A stretch of 63,290 nt of DNA, filler included, from Perkinsus olseni (taxonomy: Eukaryota), in the NCBI GenBank assembly GCA_013115125.1. It is 37 parts of 37 records of this genome, joined end to end, with 100 filler letters (N's around TTAATTAATTAA, not from the genome) between each part and the next. Parts side by side here need not be neighbours in the genome. Positions count along the whole stretch, not along the records: positions 1 to 1,648 come from JABANN010001798.1; positions 1,749 to 3,396 come from JABANN010001799.1; positions 3,497 to 5,144 come from JABANN010001800.1; positions 5,245 to 6,890 come from JABANN010001801.1; positions 6,991 to 8,636 come from JABANN010001802.1; positions 8,737 to 10,379 come from JABANN010001803.1; positions 10,480 to 12,121 come from JABANN010001804.1; 30 more parts are not named here. One strand, 5' to 3'. Position numbers and translations under genes: made by a program. The notes under the pieces were generated by a model, which worked only from the letters and a program-made list of their open reading frames with translations, did not search any database and had not been told where the DNA came from. Every line of letters begins with the position of its first letter. Position 1 is the stretch's first letter. This document shows positions 1 to 11,600 of the stretch, in pieces.

Positions 1-243
1 CATGTACTCCTCGACACGGCGAACATGATGATATAAAAAAATCCGGAATCCGTACGCACAGAAGGGTATGTATGCCAGTGACGACCCTTTTGCTGTAATC
101 TGCCTTCTTTCCTACGTATCCCCTTCGCCCCCTGAACAAAGTTGGGGCCCGAAGAACCTCGACACCGCTCGACAAACTAGTAACAAGGGGACCTACCAAC
201 TTTGGCCAGAGGGGTGCGGGGAATGGAATACGCGTCCAAATAC

Positions 244-314
244 TGCATCATCCGAGAATCGAACTCGGGTCACAACGATGGCAACGTTGTATTCTACCAC
301 TAGACCAATGATGC
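244..314 (-). tRNA. tRNA-Gly(GCC)
   Basis: Reverse complement GCATCATTGGTCTAGTGGTAGAATACAACGTTGCCATCGTTGTGACCCGAGTTCGATTCTCGGATGATGCA folds as a cloverleaf: acceptor GCATCAT/ATGATGC, anticodon arm CAACG-TTGCCAT-CGTTG, TTCGA T-loop. Confidence 0.96.
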
Positions 315-448
315 CGCCTAATGCGTAATCTCACTAACTTCCTACCTATTAAGATGATCATCTTCAAACTTACCTCCGATAGCCTTGTACTATCCGAAGT
401 AAGTCTACATTGAAGGCGTGTGCATCCCTCTACGCATCTACATATCGA

Positions 449-521
449 TTCCGATGCGGGGACTCGAACCCCGGTCGCGTGGGTGAAAGCCACGAATCCT
501 AACCAGCTAGACTACATCGGA
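449..521 (-). tRNA. tRNA-Glu(TTC)
   Basis: Reverse complement TCCGATGTAGTCTAGCTGGTTAGGATTCGTGGCTTTCACCCACGCGACCGGGGTTCGAGTCCCCGCATCGGAA: acceptor TCCGATG/CATCGGA, anticodon arm CGTGG-CTTTCAC-CCACG. Confidence 0.96.
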
Positions 522-1017
522 GATGTGAGACTGAGCCTGGTTTCCCGCTGATCACAGACTCGTGTATCCTTGACACAGACTTCACCGGCAAGACAACTTC
601 GCATTCCAACGTCACAGACGTTCACATGCGCAAGTGCGTGACACTCCGCAGTCACACGGTTTCACACGACCGCAGCCGCACGGTGACTCCGCGCCGGTGT
701 CACCCTGCTACACTGGAAATAACCTGCACATACATTTCGTCTTCATTGCGACACAAAATTCGGACATGAAACCCAACGAATGAAGTTATCTGCGCCTCAT
801 GTTCGTGTTTAGCACTCACAGCCTTTCACACAGTGCGACCCTCTTTCGCGTTCATCATTCATTGTCCCCACATAAATCCATGCTTCAGCAGAGCTCGAGC
901 ACATTCACCAGTCAACAGAGGGGGGCATTTCTCAGACGAGGCTCGGAAGAAGTGGTACGAATAAAAATCTATGCCTGTACCACTCCTTCCGCGGATTACA
1001 CGAGCACCTTCAAACCT

Positions 1018-1505
1018 TGTGGTGATTGGTGACACGAAATGCTAAAAAAGATAGATATCTATATATCTCCCTTTATTTAAATTCCTGTGTCACCAGTCAC
1101 CATAGTTTCGAGGGCTGTGGATCAACAATTCCTTAGCGTGATAGTGGATGATGACTGTCATCGAATGGTGGATTTGTGGTGACACGGGACGCTGTTCATC
1201 ATCGTGCAACCATTACAAGGTACGTACCAATCGTTTCAAATATACCGCTGAATTGAACGATATGGCAACCGCGGCTGGAGAAGTACTCCAGAGCTGAGAG
1301 TAATCGTAGTTATCTGAGAGAGGTGGCTGGAAATGTGTGCGCAAACCAAATGTTGGCAGAGGGGCTAGTGAGCATAAGAGCTGAGGGTTCAAGAAAGAAG
1401 AGTGAATCGCATAGTGCGCAATTCAAAGTGAAGGAGTCGCAAGGAAATGGTCTGTAATGTTGGACGTCGAATGCAGTCGGTGGGGACTCAACCTGCGTGA
1501 GCGCC
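1018..1505. repeat. Dispersed ~500-bp repeat family, copy 1 (homologous to 18580-19055)
   Basis: Collinear shared blocks: tgtgtcaccagtcacca, gtaccaatcg, gagctgagagt, gtgagc...gagctgagg, aacctgcgtg. Confidence 0.7.
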
Positions 1506-1585
1506 ACGCGGACGAAGCTTTGAGGATTGTGGCGCGCGGGAATTTTATGCTACCGGCACGGCCACAACCTGGATTCCTATAGGTT

Positions 1586-1648
1586 ACCGTAGCCATCTTG
1601 GCTCAAGGTAAATATCAGGTCCGCTCGCTAGGCTGCAGCCGAAAGGTG
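1586..1648 (+). ncRNA. Spliced-leader (SL) RNA gene, truncated by contig end
   Basis: Exact 22-nt leader ACCGTAGCCATCTTGGCTCAAG (1586-1607), followed directly by the splice donor GTAAAT at 1608. Confidence 0.9.
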
Positions 1649-1955
1649 NNNNNNNNNNNNNNNNNNNNNNNNNNNNNNNNNNNNNNNNNNNNTTAATTAA
1701 TTAANNNNNNNNNNNNNNNNNNNNNNNNNNNNNNNNNNNNNNNNNNNNACGGAACTGCGCTTGCCTCAGGTTCCGGTGCTCGCACGCCCCACTCCCCCTC
1801 CCCACACTCAGAGGTTTCACTTTGTGGCACAAAGTTTGTGCGCCTTTGCTTCTTGTGTGTCCATTCGTATCTTAGTCCCCTGCATTCCCCGTCACGCTAT
1901 TGAACATCCTCTCCGCCCAATTCCGCATCAGTCCAGTTCCGTAACTCTGTAAGCC

Positions 1956-2098
1956 CCGTCTCAATCACCCACACTGTAGTACAGTGTGGGTGATTGAGAC
2001 GGTTAGCGGTGCAGTTCCTCGCTGGTGGTAAATTACACTGGATCAATCTCTGTGGTGAATTACCACTGGTAATTCACCACAGAGATTGATCCAGTGTA
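1956..2098. repeat. Two adjacent perfect palindromes with 1-nt centres (23-bp arms 1956-2002; 32-bp arms 2034-2098)
   Basis: ccgtctcaatcacccacactgta-g-tacagtgtgggtgattgagacgg and tacactggatcaatctctgtggtgaattacca-c-tggtaattcaccacagagattgatccagtgta. Confidence 0.95.
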
Positions 2099-3324
2099 TG
2101 TCGCTAAGTCCTACAGAATGGAAATTCATGATAAGTAGTGTAGGCTGCACAACGATGTCCCGCTAGTTTATTGGCCGTCGGGACTACGAAACTAAGCAGA
2201 GTTTCGGAGACAGATTATTTCGTGTATCGATTCATCGCAATCCTTTCGTTCTTTGCCGGATGATCCCCGCTGTCAGCTGTGACGTAACGAGTGCCTTCAC
2301 GCTGTCCGACTCAGTGTGGCTGACACAATGAAAATTTTCATCTTTCTGTTCGAAATTTTCTAAAATTTTCGAACATATAACAGAAGGAAAGCGCGCGCCC
2401 GAAGGAAAAAAATGAAAAAATGGCTGTTTTGGAGCGAATTTGGGGTATTTTCATGAATTTTCTCTGCCACCGTATTGCGGTCTAACCGACTACTCATTAG
2501 TCACTAATGTACGGCGGAACTTCCAGATATATCTTTAGCCTCGATGCCATGGCTTTTTCCAGTAATATTCTGTTCGTGCTTAAATGATTTCCCGAAGACT
2601 TCAAATGTTACAAATGTGTGCCAAATCATGTGTCTGACAGCTAAGATGTGAGTTCCGAGAGCTTGATAGGTTGAAGTTTATACTTGAAGACAGTCCGCTC
2701 CCCAAGACCGAGGTCCAAAAGTTTTGGACGTTTCAAAGTTGTGGTTTTGGACCAAAACCCCTAGCGCTTGTTGAATGTTGTTGCAAAGAGGATTTGCGAT
2801 ACGATCACAGACTGTGATTCACAGTATCACCGTGCACTGTGTTGATTCCGGGTGTCAGTGCTTGCGCTCAAGTCAAACAGAGTTGGGACCCGAACAACAA
2901 GGCCTGCACCTTTCGTCCAGCTTCTGCACGATGAAGAAAATTCGTTAGAAACAACGGCTGCCGGGGGTCTAGGTCGTGAGATATGGGATACTCACGTCGT
3001 GCATTTCACGGCATGAATTTCCTGTTGATAAACCTGATAATTATCTCGGAGACAAGGCCATACGTTGCTGTAATATTCTGTGTTCATGCGTAGCTAGCTT
3101 GTTGCGCGACGAGCATGATACTGTACGGCTTGTGCAGATGGACGGTCATGGATGGTCGTTTGACTGTAGAAGCTACGCCAGTAGACAGCTTATCGACCGA
3201 ACTCGGCATGGATAACATCGCTCGAGACACTTTGGTGAAAGAGGTTGCTTCCGCAACAAGGCCGTTGATGTCGTGCTCATCCCAGCTGAGCGATCTTCCA
3301 ACAGCTTCAGCGCGCTCACAAGTC

Positions 3325-3396
3325 CAGGGGCCTATTCAAGTGCTTTTCGTTTCCGGGTTCCGAGTCCGAGGGAAATTTACCAGGCCCCGAGTCCGA
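3325..3396 (+). mobile_element. Putative DNA-transposon terminus (TIR plus CCGAGTCCGA subterminal repeats)
   Basis: CAGGGGCCTATTCAAGTGC followed by repeated ccgagtccga. The same terminus recurs in reverse at 49969-50040. Confidence 0.6.
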
Positions 3397-3498
3397 NNNN
3401 NNNNNNNNNNNNNNNNNNNNNNNNNNNNNNNNNNNNNNNNTTAATTAATTAANNNNNNNNNNNNNNNNNNNNNNNNNNNNNNNNNNNNNNNNNNNNAG

Positions 3499-4980
3499 CA
3501 GTCGGTACTACTACAGCGTGTTGTCGACCTCACCTACCTGCTCATTGGTAAACGTCATATCGACATCCGCTACGTACCTACAGCTTCCAACCCCGCCGAC
3601 TCTGGCACCAGATCTGAGCTCTACTCTGATATTATCAACTTACGAGACACTGTGGATGGTTTCAGTATCAACGACTTTGATGTCGATAAAACCGAGACCA
3701 ATACCAGTACTGTTCACATTTCACGAGTGGTGAGGAAGCGAGATGCTACGGCTGATTCAGATTCTTCTAACAACAAGCGTGTTAGACTCGAGAAACCCAT
3801 CAAAGTTCCTCGACGACCACTCCTTCCACTAGTAAGGCCATCTACCTATGATACTGTACAACTACCACCTCATCTACTTGAAGTCTACCGATCTCTTCCA
3901 CTACAAGATGATGGTAAACGGGAAGTCGCTGACTCCGACTTTCTCCAAGCCTGTGCTACACATTGTCATGAGCAACGGCATGCTGGTGCTCCTGAAGTAG
4001 AAGCTACTCTCAAGTCAACTTTCCACTGCCCGACCATCAACCTCAAGGACTTGGCTACAACTGCTTCCAGATCATGCACCACTTGTTCATTGATCAAGAC
4101 CGCTCCTGGTGATCGTCAGTTCAAGAATTCCGTCGACGACGACTTCAAGCTCCCTACGCGTGTCTGGGAATCGGCAAGCTTGGACGTCCTAGGCCCATTC
4201 TACACTGACCCGGTCACAAAAAAGCCCAAATTCTTCTCTATCAACCTTGTCGATCAGCTCAGCAATGTTATTGTCTCTCTACCCACTATCGGCCCTCCTA
4301 CTTCTACTGATATACAACGAGCTTGTAACCTTCCACACCGGCTCTACAACCACGCTGTGGTCAACATCACCACCGATAATGCTACGATCATCACTGCTGC
4401 TGACCACAAGCTACCAACTATCAAGTTTCATTATGTACCACCAAGGTGCAGTGCCTTCAATGGTCATGTGGAGAGACGGAACAAGCTGATGAATGAACGA
4501 CTAAGGCGATTATTCGCTACTACTGCTTTTGTGGACGACGACACTTGGCGCGACTTCATCGCCAAGAGCTGCTACGAGATCAACACCAGTCGACAACCAC
4601 TAGCAGATGGACTTACTCCTCTTGATATGATACTCGAGACTTCCACATCTCCTATGGATGCAACTGAGATTTGTCGTCCTTCAGCTGACAAATGGGACAA
4701 GTGGATCGGCTTCAAGCATCTGTGTCGTGATCGCACTGTTGCTACTATGATCCGCAACACTTCTTCTGGTGGGCAGCTAGCCGTCGGCGACATGGTACTC
4801 CAACATTCACTTGAACCTCATCCAAAGTCTTCAACTCCATGGCAACCTACTCCGAGGACCATCACTAATATTGTTGGTAACAGAGTTCTACTGGATGATG
4901 GCTCGTGGACTTCGACTGACAAGCTCAAGCGCTTCACAGCCAACTTAACTGTACAAGATGATGATCTATGTATATTTTGA
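3499..4980 (+). mobile_element. pol: LTR retrotransposon pol C-terminus (RNaseH end plus integrase), BEL/Pao-like
   Basis: Frame open from the contig start. RNaseH end YVPTASNPADSGTR, HHCC (HCHEQRH...CTTC), DDE core SLDVLGP / TTDNA / HVERRN. Confidence 0.88.
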
Positions 4981-4995
4981 TCTTCAATATCATCT

Positions 4996-5144
4996 GGGGG
5001 TAGCGTGTTCGTGCGCCCTATGCGCCCAGCCCATCTCGCTCACCCTAGATGAAACTGATATGAAACGGCTTGATTCCAGATCTGCTGAGTCAACCAATCA
5101 CAATTAATATATGCCATTTGTATTCATTCCAATTCATCATGGCT
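4996..5144 (+). mobile_element. Polypurine tract and start of 3' LTR
   Basis: GGGGGTAGCG just after the pol stop, then TGTT at 5006. Confidence 0.6.
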
Positions 5145-6640
5145 NNNNNNNNNNNNNNNNNNNNNNNNNNNNNNNNNNNNNNNNNNNNTTAATTAATTAA
5201 NNNNNNNNNNNNNNNNNNNNNNNNNNNNNNNNNNNNNNNNNNNNAATGACTCCAGAGACAGGTGAGAGCATTATCCTAGTCGGGATAATCCTAGCTGGGC
5301 CTCAGTGCACGAACGTAGGCTTCCTATAACATGGGTAGATGCGTGCAGCGAGCTATCAGTATGGTGGCTAGACCGTTCCGGAGGCTTTTGGGGGAAATAT
5401 CGTTATTTGATGAGGCTCAACGTCCAACTTAGCTGAGACGCTAATATCTTTTTGACGGAGTTTCCGTGCTGATACGGCAATGATGCCCTGTTGGAGCGCC
5501 TCTTCGCAGACATTCCTGTGGATGAAGTAGAGGTGGTGGAGGTTCGGCCGAAAATTGTCTACATCCGTCACTATCATCGGCGGATATCGGAGTCGCCGTC
5601 TGCGACTAAACGATGTTTGCTGAAGTTCGTGGGCCATGTTATTGCGAGTAAGCCAGAGGGACTGTTGTTTGTCGGATATCACCAAAGCCGTGATCTTGCG
5701 CGGGATATTTCGAGAGCATGGCGGTTTAATATTTTTCTCTCTCCCGTGGCACCTCTTGTGGGAGCTCGCAATGTATCTAAGCTGCCGCTCTGACCAGCAG
5801 GATAGTTGATGGTCTCCAATCGGTGTTTCTATTACTATTTATTACTGTTCATTTGGCACGCGGGCTTTGGAGAAACTAAGACCGAATATCTTAAGATTGA
5901 CGGCTTCAATCAGAGAGTTCGATAATGGTGTAGGTACTATGGCCTTCATAACTATCCAAGCGTTCACCTTCGTGATCTACGGGGAGTATCCAGGGGTGAC
6001 ACTCAGGCCACCGCAAGAGAAGGCAGTTGCCGAGCTCTATATGTGGCTAGTGGTAGGTTTACGTCGCGAACTTCGTTGTGTGGAGCGCTCTCATGCAGGC
6101 TCTCAGCTCAGCAGCTCTTGTGTTGGTAATCAATCTTGTAGCTGCGAATAAGAAAGCCAAGTACTGGCTGACGAGAGAAACGTGGTGGGGCGACATCATC
6201 TTCGATGCTTTTCACAAGTAATGACTCTCCGATCTCTCATTTGGACGTATCTCCACGCGAGTTTCAATTTGAGGATCTCGCGCTGCTTCGACTCGAGTAA
6301 AAATGCTGCGCGGCCTACTGATGCTCGGAATCGGCAGTAGTACTATCACAGTAATGTCAAATATATTATTATGCAATTTGATGAATGATGAATAATTATT
6401 TGAAATGATAGGACTCAACTTAGAGACGCCTTCATTGAAGGACCTCAAGGAGACTTAGCCGGGCTTTGGCCAGTTTGACTTGGTTTCTGGCATGGAGTCC
6501 ATGCCGTGGATAATCTTAAACGTTCAGGATGCTTGAATATCTCAGTCTGTCAGACTTAGACTGCGTCTGATTTAGACTACCTAAGACTCTCAGACATTCA
6601 CGAATGAGAACTGAATAGACTAGTACGCGAGTGCGTCGCC

Positions 6641-6700
6641 GTCATACAGCACAGGGTAATACGGCACAGGATCATAGAGCAAAAGGTCATACAGCACAGG
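6641..6700 (+). repeat. Four tandem 15-bp repeats (consensus GTCATACAGCACAGG)
   Basis: gtcatacagcacagg gtaatacggcacagg atcatagagcaaaag gtcatacagcacagg. Confidence 0.85.
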
Positions 6701-8388
6701 TCAGAAAGTTTAGGGATTTTCACAAGGGAGGGGTGGACGGCATGGATGCGCGCAGTTCAGAGGCTCCGAACAGGCCAGCATTGCACTGGCATTACTGGAT
6801 CAGGGAGTACTCTCAGATTCTGAGACCCAGAATCATTCTCGGCAATGATGTTGCCTTCGGAGAGCAAATTGACTGTCTCAGGATAGCACTNNNNNNNNNN
6901 NNNNNNNNNNNNNNNNNNNNNNNNNNNNNNNNNNTTAATTAATTAANNNNNNNNNNNNNNNNNNNNNNNNNNNNNNNNNNNNNNNNNNNNGCTCTCGGAA
7001 GAGCTCATCGGAAAAGGCGGCAGGAAGTAGATAGCTCCCCTCGTGACGCCTCACCGTCGACATCGTGCTATTGAAGGTCAAAGGCCATCTTGATATCTTG
7101 ATTGCCACAGGCTGTGGCCCGCAGCCGACTAGCAGTTGGCATGAACTCCTCCCACTTCGATCTCTGCCCAGCGATACTGGCATGTAAACGGCAACATAAC
7201 CAAATCGAGACTCTATCTCGCGGTCTACCGTGAACACGGCTGCAGTGTCGTCATAAAAAGGCTAGCGGAACGCGTCCGGTACCCCTCCGCAGGATTGAGC
7301 CCTTGGACTGAAGTTTTTTTTGATTCGACGAGGGAGAGAGAAAAACGCAGGGCCTCGGGGAAGGCGAATCCTGAGCGAGGATGTACAGAACAAAATTTGA
7401 CCTCCAAATTTTTATCCTCTCAAGTCCTCTGAAGCAAACGTTTCAGTTCCCCTTGATATGTCGCCAACGACTACTGCATCAGTGCCAGAGGTGAAGTTGC
7501 AGAAGGGAGAGGTTCTCACTGGACGAAAACTTCGCACTGCTCCAGCATCGGCTCACAATGTGGGGCGAAAACTTGTTGAGGGCAAATTTGCCTCGAATGT
7601 CCATGCGCCATGATTTGAGTATGCTTTGCAGTTTGAAATCTGGACCGATCAATACTTTTGTTGTAAGCCGTAGGAGAGCTGGTGCAGGCCACGATGTCCG
7701 AGAGATTCTGTTTACTCGCGGAAGGTGTGGCAGGCCTTCTGCAAGGGTCAGCGCGAACCGAGCGCCGCCGCGGGGTGGGTGAGCTGCCATTGACGGCTGC
7801 CAGGAGGAAGCAGAACCGTAGCTCTCTCGTACAAGGAGATTGATCACTATTCCCCTCTCCCACAGTCTTTCACGCAAGAGACAAATCATCATTTAAAGCT
7901 TGGGTGGAATCTAGATGAAGCTGGCTTGAATCCACGAACCTGCTCAGCTTCTAAACAGGCTCGTAGTTTCAAGCCAGCTGACGGACTGCGAGCAGATGGT
8001 TCAAGGAGCCTGATGCGCTTCGCTCCGCTGTGCTCTAGACGAGGCACTTCCTCCATGAAATGCATGGCTTTACAGGGCTTAATATGGCTTAAAACACCAT
8101 TTCCTGTGTGTTGCGTCCTATGTCACCCGATACACCCGAGTGGCACAACAGTGCCAGCTCAAGAGCACAGCCCTTGTGACAACTCACCCAAGAAGCTAAG
8201 AATGGAGTAGGTTTGATTGAAACTGTGCGACAGAATGGTCGTAATATTTGTACGGAAATTCAAGATCGGAACTTGAAAGACTCGTTGAAAAGTTGTTCGG
8301 CACTGCTCTCGTTCTTAATACGATCTTGAGAAAGTACGAGATGAGCTTGGGATGAGCCCGAGCAGTGCCGATGCTCACTTGATAGTTC

Positions 8389-8636
8389 TTAATCGGACAT
8401 GTCCGCGCCAACCTCAGCGTCCGTGACATCTGACTTCACCTTGCGCATGTTCTTATCCCAGGGGCCTTTGCAGGGAGAGAGGAGGCGGGGAACACCGTTG
8501 ATGGTCATGTTGAGCTCACTGGTGGTTGCATTATGCTTCATGGCGGCGAACTGCTTCTGCGTGAAGTAGAAGCCGCAGAAGTCGCGGTCCAAAACGAAAG
8601 GCTGAGGGGCATCATGGCAAGGGTTGTAGTGCATCG
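8389..8636 (-). CDS. Exon fragment of a hypothetical small protein
   Basis: Open frame with GC3-rich codons (...MTINGVPRLLSPCKGPW...) and a candidate GTGAAG donor. No family recognised. Confidence 0.35.
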
Positions 8637-11600
8637 NNNNNNNNNNNNNNNNNNNNNNNNNNNNNNNNNNNNNNNNNNNNTTAATTAATTAANNNNNNNN
8701 NNNNNNNNNNNNNNNNNNNNNNNNNNNNNNNNNNNNGTGAGGTCCTGTCGACCTTTCCGACGCTAGCTTGGTGCCGCGCCTTGCCCCATCTCGGAGACCA
8801 GAGGTTTTAGAAGAGATAGTGAGAAATTTGAGAGGGAATTCAGCCTATGGATGACATTGACATGATTATCATACCATGGTCATGAAATGATGGTATTAGC
8901 GATGATTGGACTTGATGTTCCAATCTTCAATATTATTCCCGGCGGACGGCGGTATGTCAGACCACAACTAATGTAGCAGCGTGCGCCGAAGAGCAATCGT
9001 GGTGCGTGTAGTCCCTTTACCCTCTTGGTCTCCTCCTAGCACACTTGCTTAAGGGAATATTGAGGTGACTGCTCAATGAGAAGTGCTCATACCTCTGACC
9101 TTATCACGGAAATGAGAATATAATGAGCAAAATAGACTGTGAGAAGCATCGGATTACCTAAAGATGAGGTGATGACTGAATCACCACGATCCGAACTAAA
9201 ATCTAATAAGCTAGCCGAAAAGTGCTCCTGGGTATCAGCAGATTGTTAAAGGTATGCCGCCCTGGACTGAACTCAGTGCCATTAAGGTCTCAAGAGAAGA
9301 GCTGACTTGAACATGTGTAAATCGGGACTAGGAAAATAATAGGACTTTTCAACTGATCAACCAAAGCGAACATGTTGACTGCGCGCATACTCACTTTCCT
9401 CGCTGAATAGAGCTGGCGCACAAAGCTCGTTGTCTACATGCAGACAACGAAAGAGAAACAGGTGTTGCAGATGCCCTTGGTACTGTGGCACAGTAACTGT
9501 GCTCCAGACAACAGCAAAGGATAGCCGAGAGCCTCTCGGCGAGAGACAGAATTGTACTTGCGTACACCGCAACAAAATAGCTATGGTGGAATAGATCAAC
9601 TTGGCGACCTATAGAAACATAGCAATAGGGAGTTACACTGTACAGTACTCAAGGCAGAGACATCACAGCAACGAAGGCAACAACATCACAGCAACAAGGA
9701 CTCTCTTGTGACAAGAGAGTGACAAGATTCTTGTCATAGACTCTTTCGATAAGGTTCAAAATGGCCATTTCCCGGCCCGGGCAAAATGGTATTTTGAAAG
9801 ACGCGTCCACGCTGGTTGCAGAGTTATATCATTTTACCACCGTCATACAACTGATGCCCACGAACGATCATCCATAACTGTTTCGTAGCTCCCCGTCACA
9901 GGACAGGACTTCACAGGTCAATCTGTGAGGAGCTATTAACTCCTAAGAACCTCTAACGCTATATGCAATTGGTCAAGTTGTCGCATACAGCACATATCAT
10001 CTGATACAACAAAGGTGAAGACAGAATCGACAAAGCGGCAGAACGATAGACCAAGGTGACTCACCGCGTCACCAATACATATGTCAAGACACCGCGACTA
10101 ATACTTATTCTTTAACAATAACAAAATTCTGATCATTGGTTAGCTCTAGCACAGATGTGCCCAGAATGATGAGAACTGGACTTTTACTTTCCACTATCGA
10201 GTAGTTCAAAGAGACGGTAGGGGTAATTGACCGGAACACGATGGTGACTTCGGGACTCGGGATCCGAAGCGCTGATCTACACACCAATATAACTTCGGAA
10301 TCTCCAAATCCCTTCTTGGTCACTGTCGATGTTCACGAAAAAGATTATTCGCGACCGTTGGTAGCCTCTTTCACCCTCCNNNNNNNNNNNNNNNNNNNNN
10401 NNNNNNNNNNNNNNNNNNNNNNNTTAATTAATTAANNNNNNNNNNNNNNNNNNNNNNNNNNNNNNNNNNNNNNNNNNNNGATATCATTGCCCTATACAGG
10501 CCATGGGGACAGATCGGCCACAATAATGTATTACAGTAGGCAATCATTGAAATGGCGGTTCACTACACACCGTTGAAGGGCTCAATAATGTAGGCTGAGG
10601 GGAGCACCACTGGTGATGCGCCAGTCGAGGAGCACACCGTTGTTAGGCCGCTTGTAGCCGCTCGCAGGATCTGCCGGCGTGAGGCCGCAGGGAGGGCAGT
10701 AGGTGTCTCTCCTTGTTACTCTCACTGCCGTCAGGTCCACCGCGGCTACCGCCCCGACTCGCAATCCCCGTACTCAGAGGTTTCACGAGAAGGCAGAGTC
10801 ACCATTTCGCCAAGTGAATGTGTCGTGTAATGCGACCGTGGTTGTTGTGCCATTCGGGTCTCGTCTCGAGCACAGCGGAGCGAAGCGCATCAGTGGTCTC
10901 GTCACCCGCGTGAGGGGAATTAGTGAGTTCTCTGGGGGTCTGGCCAATTCTGGGCAGCAGCCGGCTGTCATTCATTGTCAGCGCAATTTGGGGAGGAGGA
11001 AGCAAGGCTGAACCAGTTTCTCCTTCTAGAGAGAAACATTGAAGCATGAGAGGTTGCTGGCAAGTCTGCCCACATGGCATGATAGATCATATAGTGGAGA
11101 GGGAGCGCCTCCGAGGAACCAACGCGTCTTAAGAAACTCGTTGAGGTCGAGGGCGGCTCGAAGGTTTGGTAGCAGTCGATTCAAGCGTCGCCACACCTCT
11201 TCTGCCCTATTCACCAGCGCCTGTAACTGAGCGTTTTCGTCTCGCCTACACACATTGCGTTTGAGCGCATTCGCTATGCCGTGGTGGAGAGTATTCCAAT
11301 CGTATGGGATCGATCCCAATGGCATCAGGCCATTCAAGACAGGAGGCATGAGCGTTCCTTTCATCAATGGTAGTCCCGCGAAGATTTGATGATGTCGAAC
11401 GACACGAACCCTCGAATAAGCTGAACTACACGGAGCTCCTCAGTATGGTTGGGACCAAATCCGCCTCGAATTGGGCTGGGCTACAACCTGCAGGAGGAGC
11501 ACGCCGAGAATACGACGCTGACGCACGGTGAGTGCGGCGGTCGCACTCGAGGTTAAACTATCAATAACAGGTCGTTTGTGTTGTCGCTGGCGCCCAAAAG

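Noticed and set aside
1649-1748. Regularly spaced TTAATTAATTAA repeats suggesting an array
   Set aside because: They are synthetic linkers embedded in Ns. ORFs ending in X...LIN or X...N are artefacts of them.
6641-6700. CRISPR-like repeat
   Set aside because: The repeats are contiguous with no spacers, there are no cas genes, and the context is eukaryotic.
8010-8043. CTGATG as a hammerhead ribozyme core, or GCGCTTCGC...CTAG as a Helitron 3' end
   Set aside because: It lacks CUGANGA and the GAAA partner. CTAG is not conserved in the second copy, and homology continues past it.
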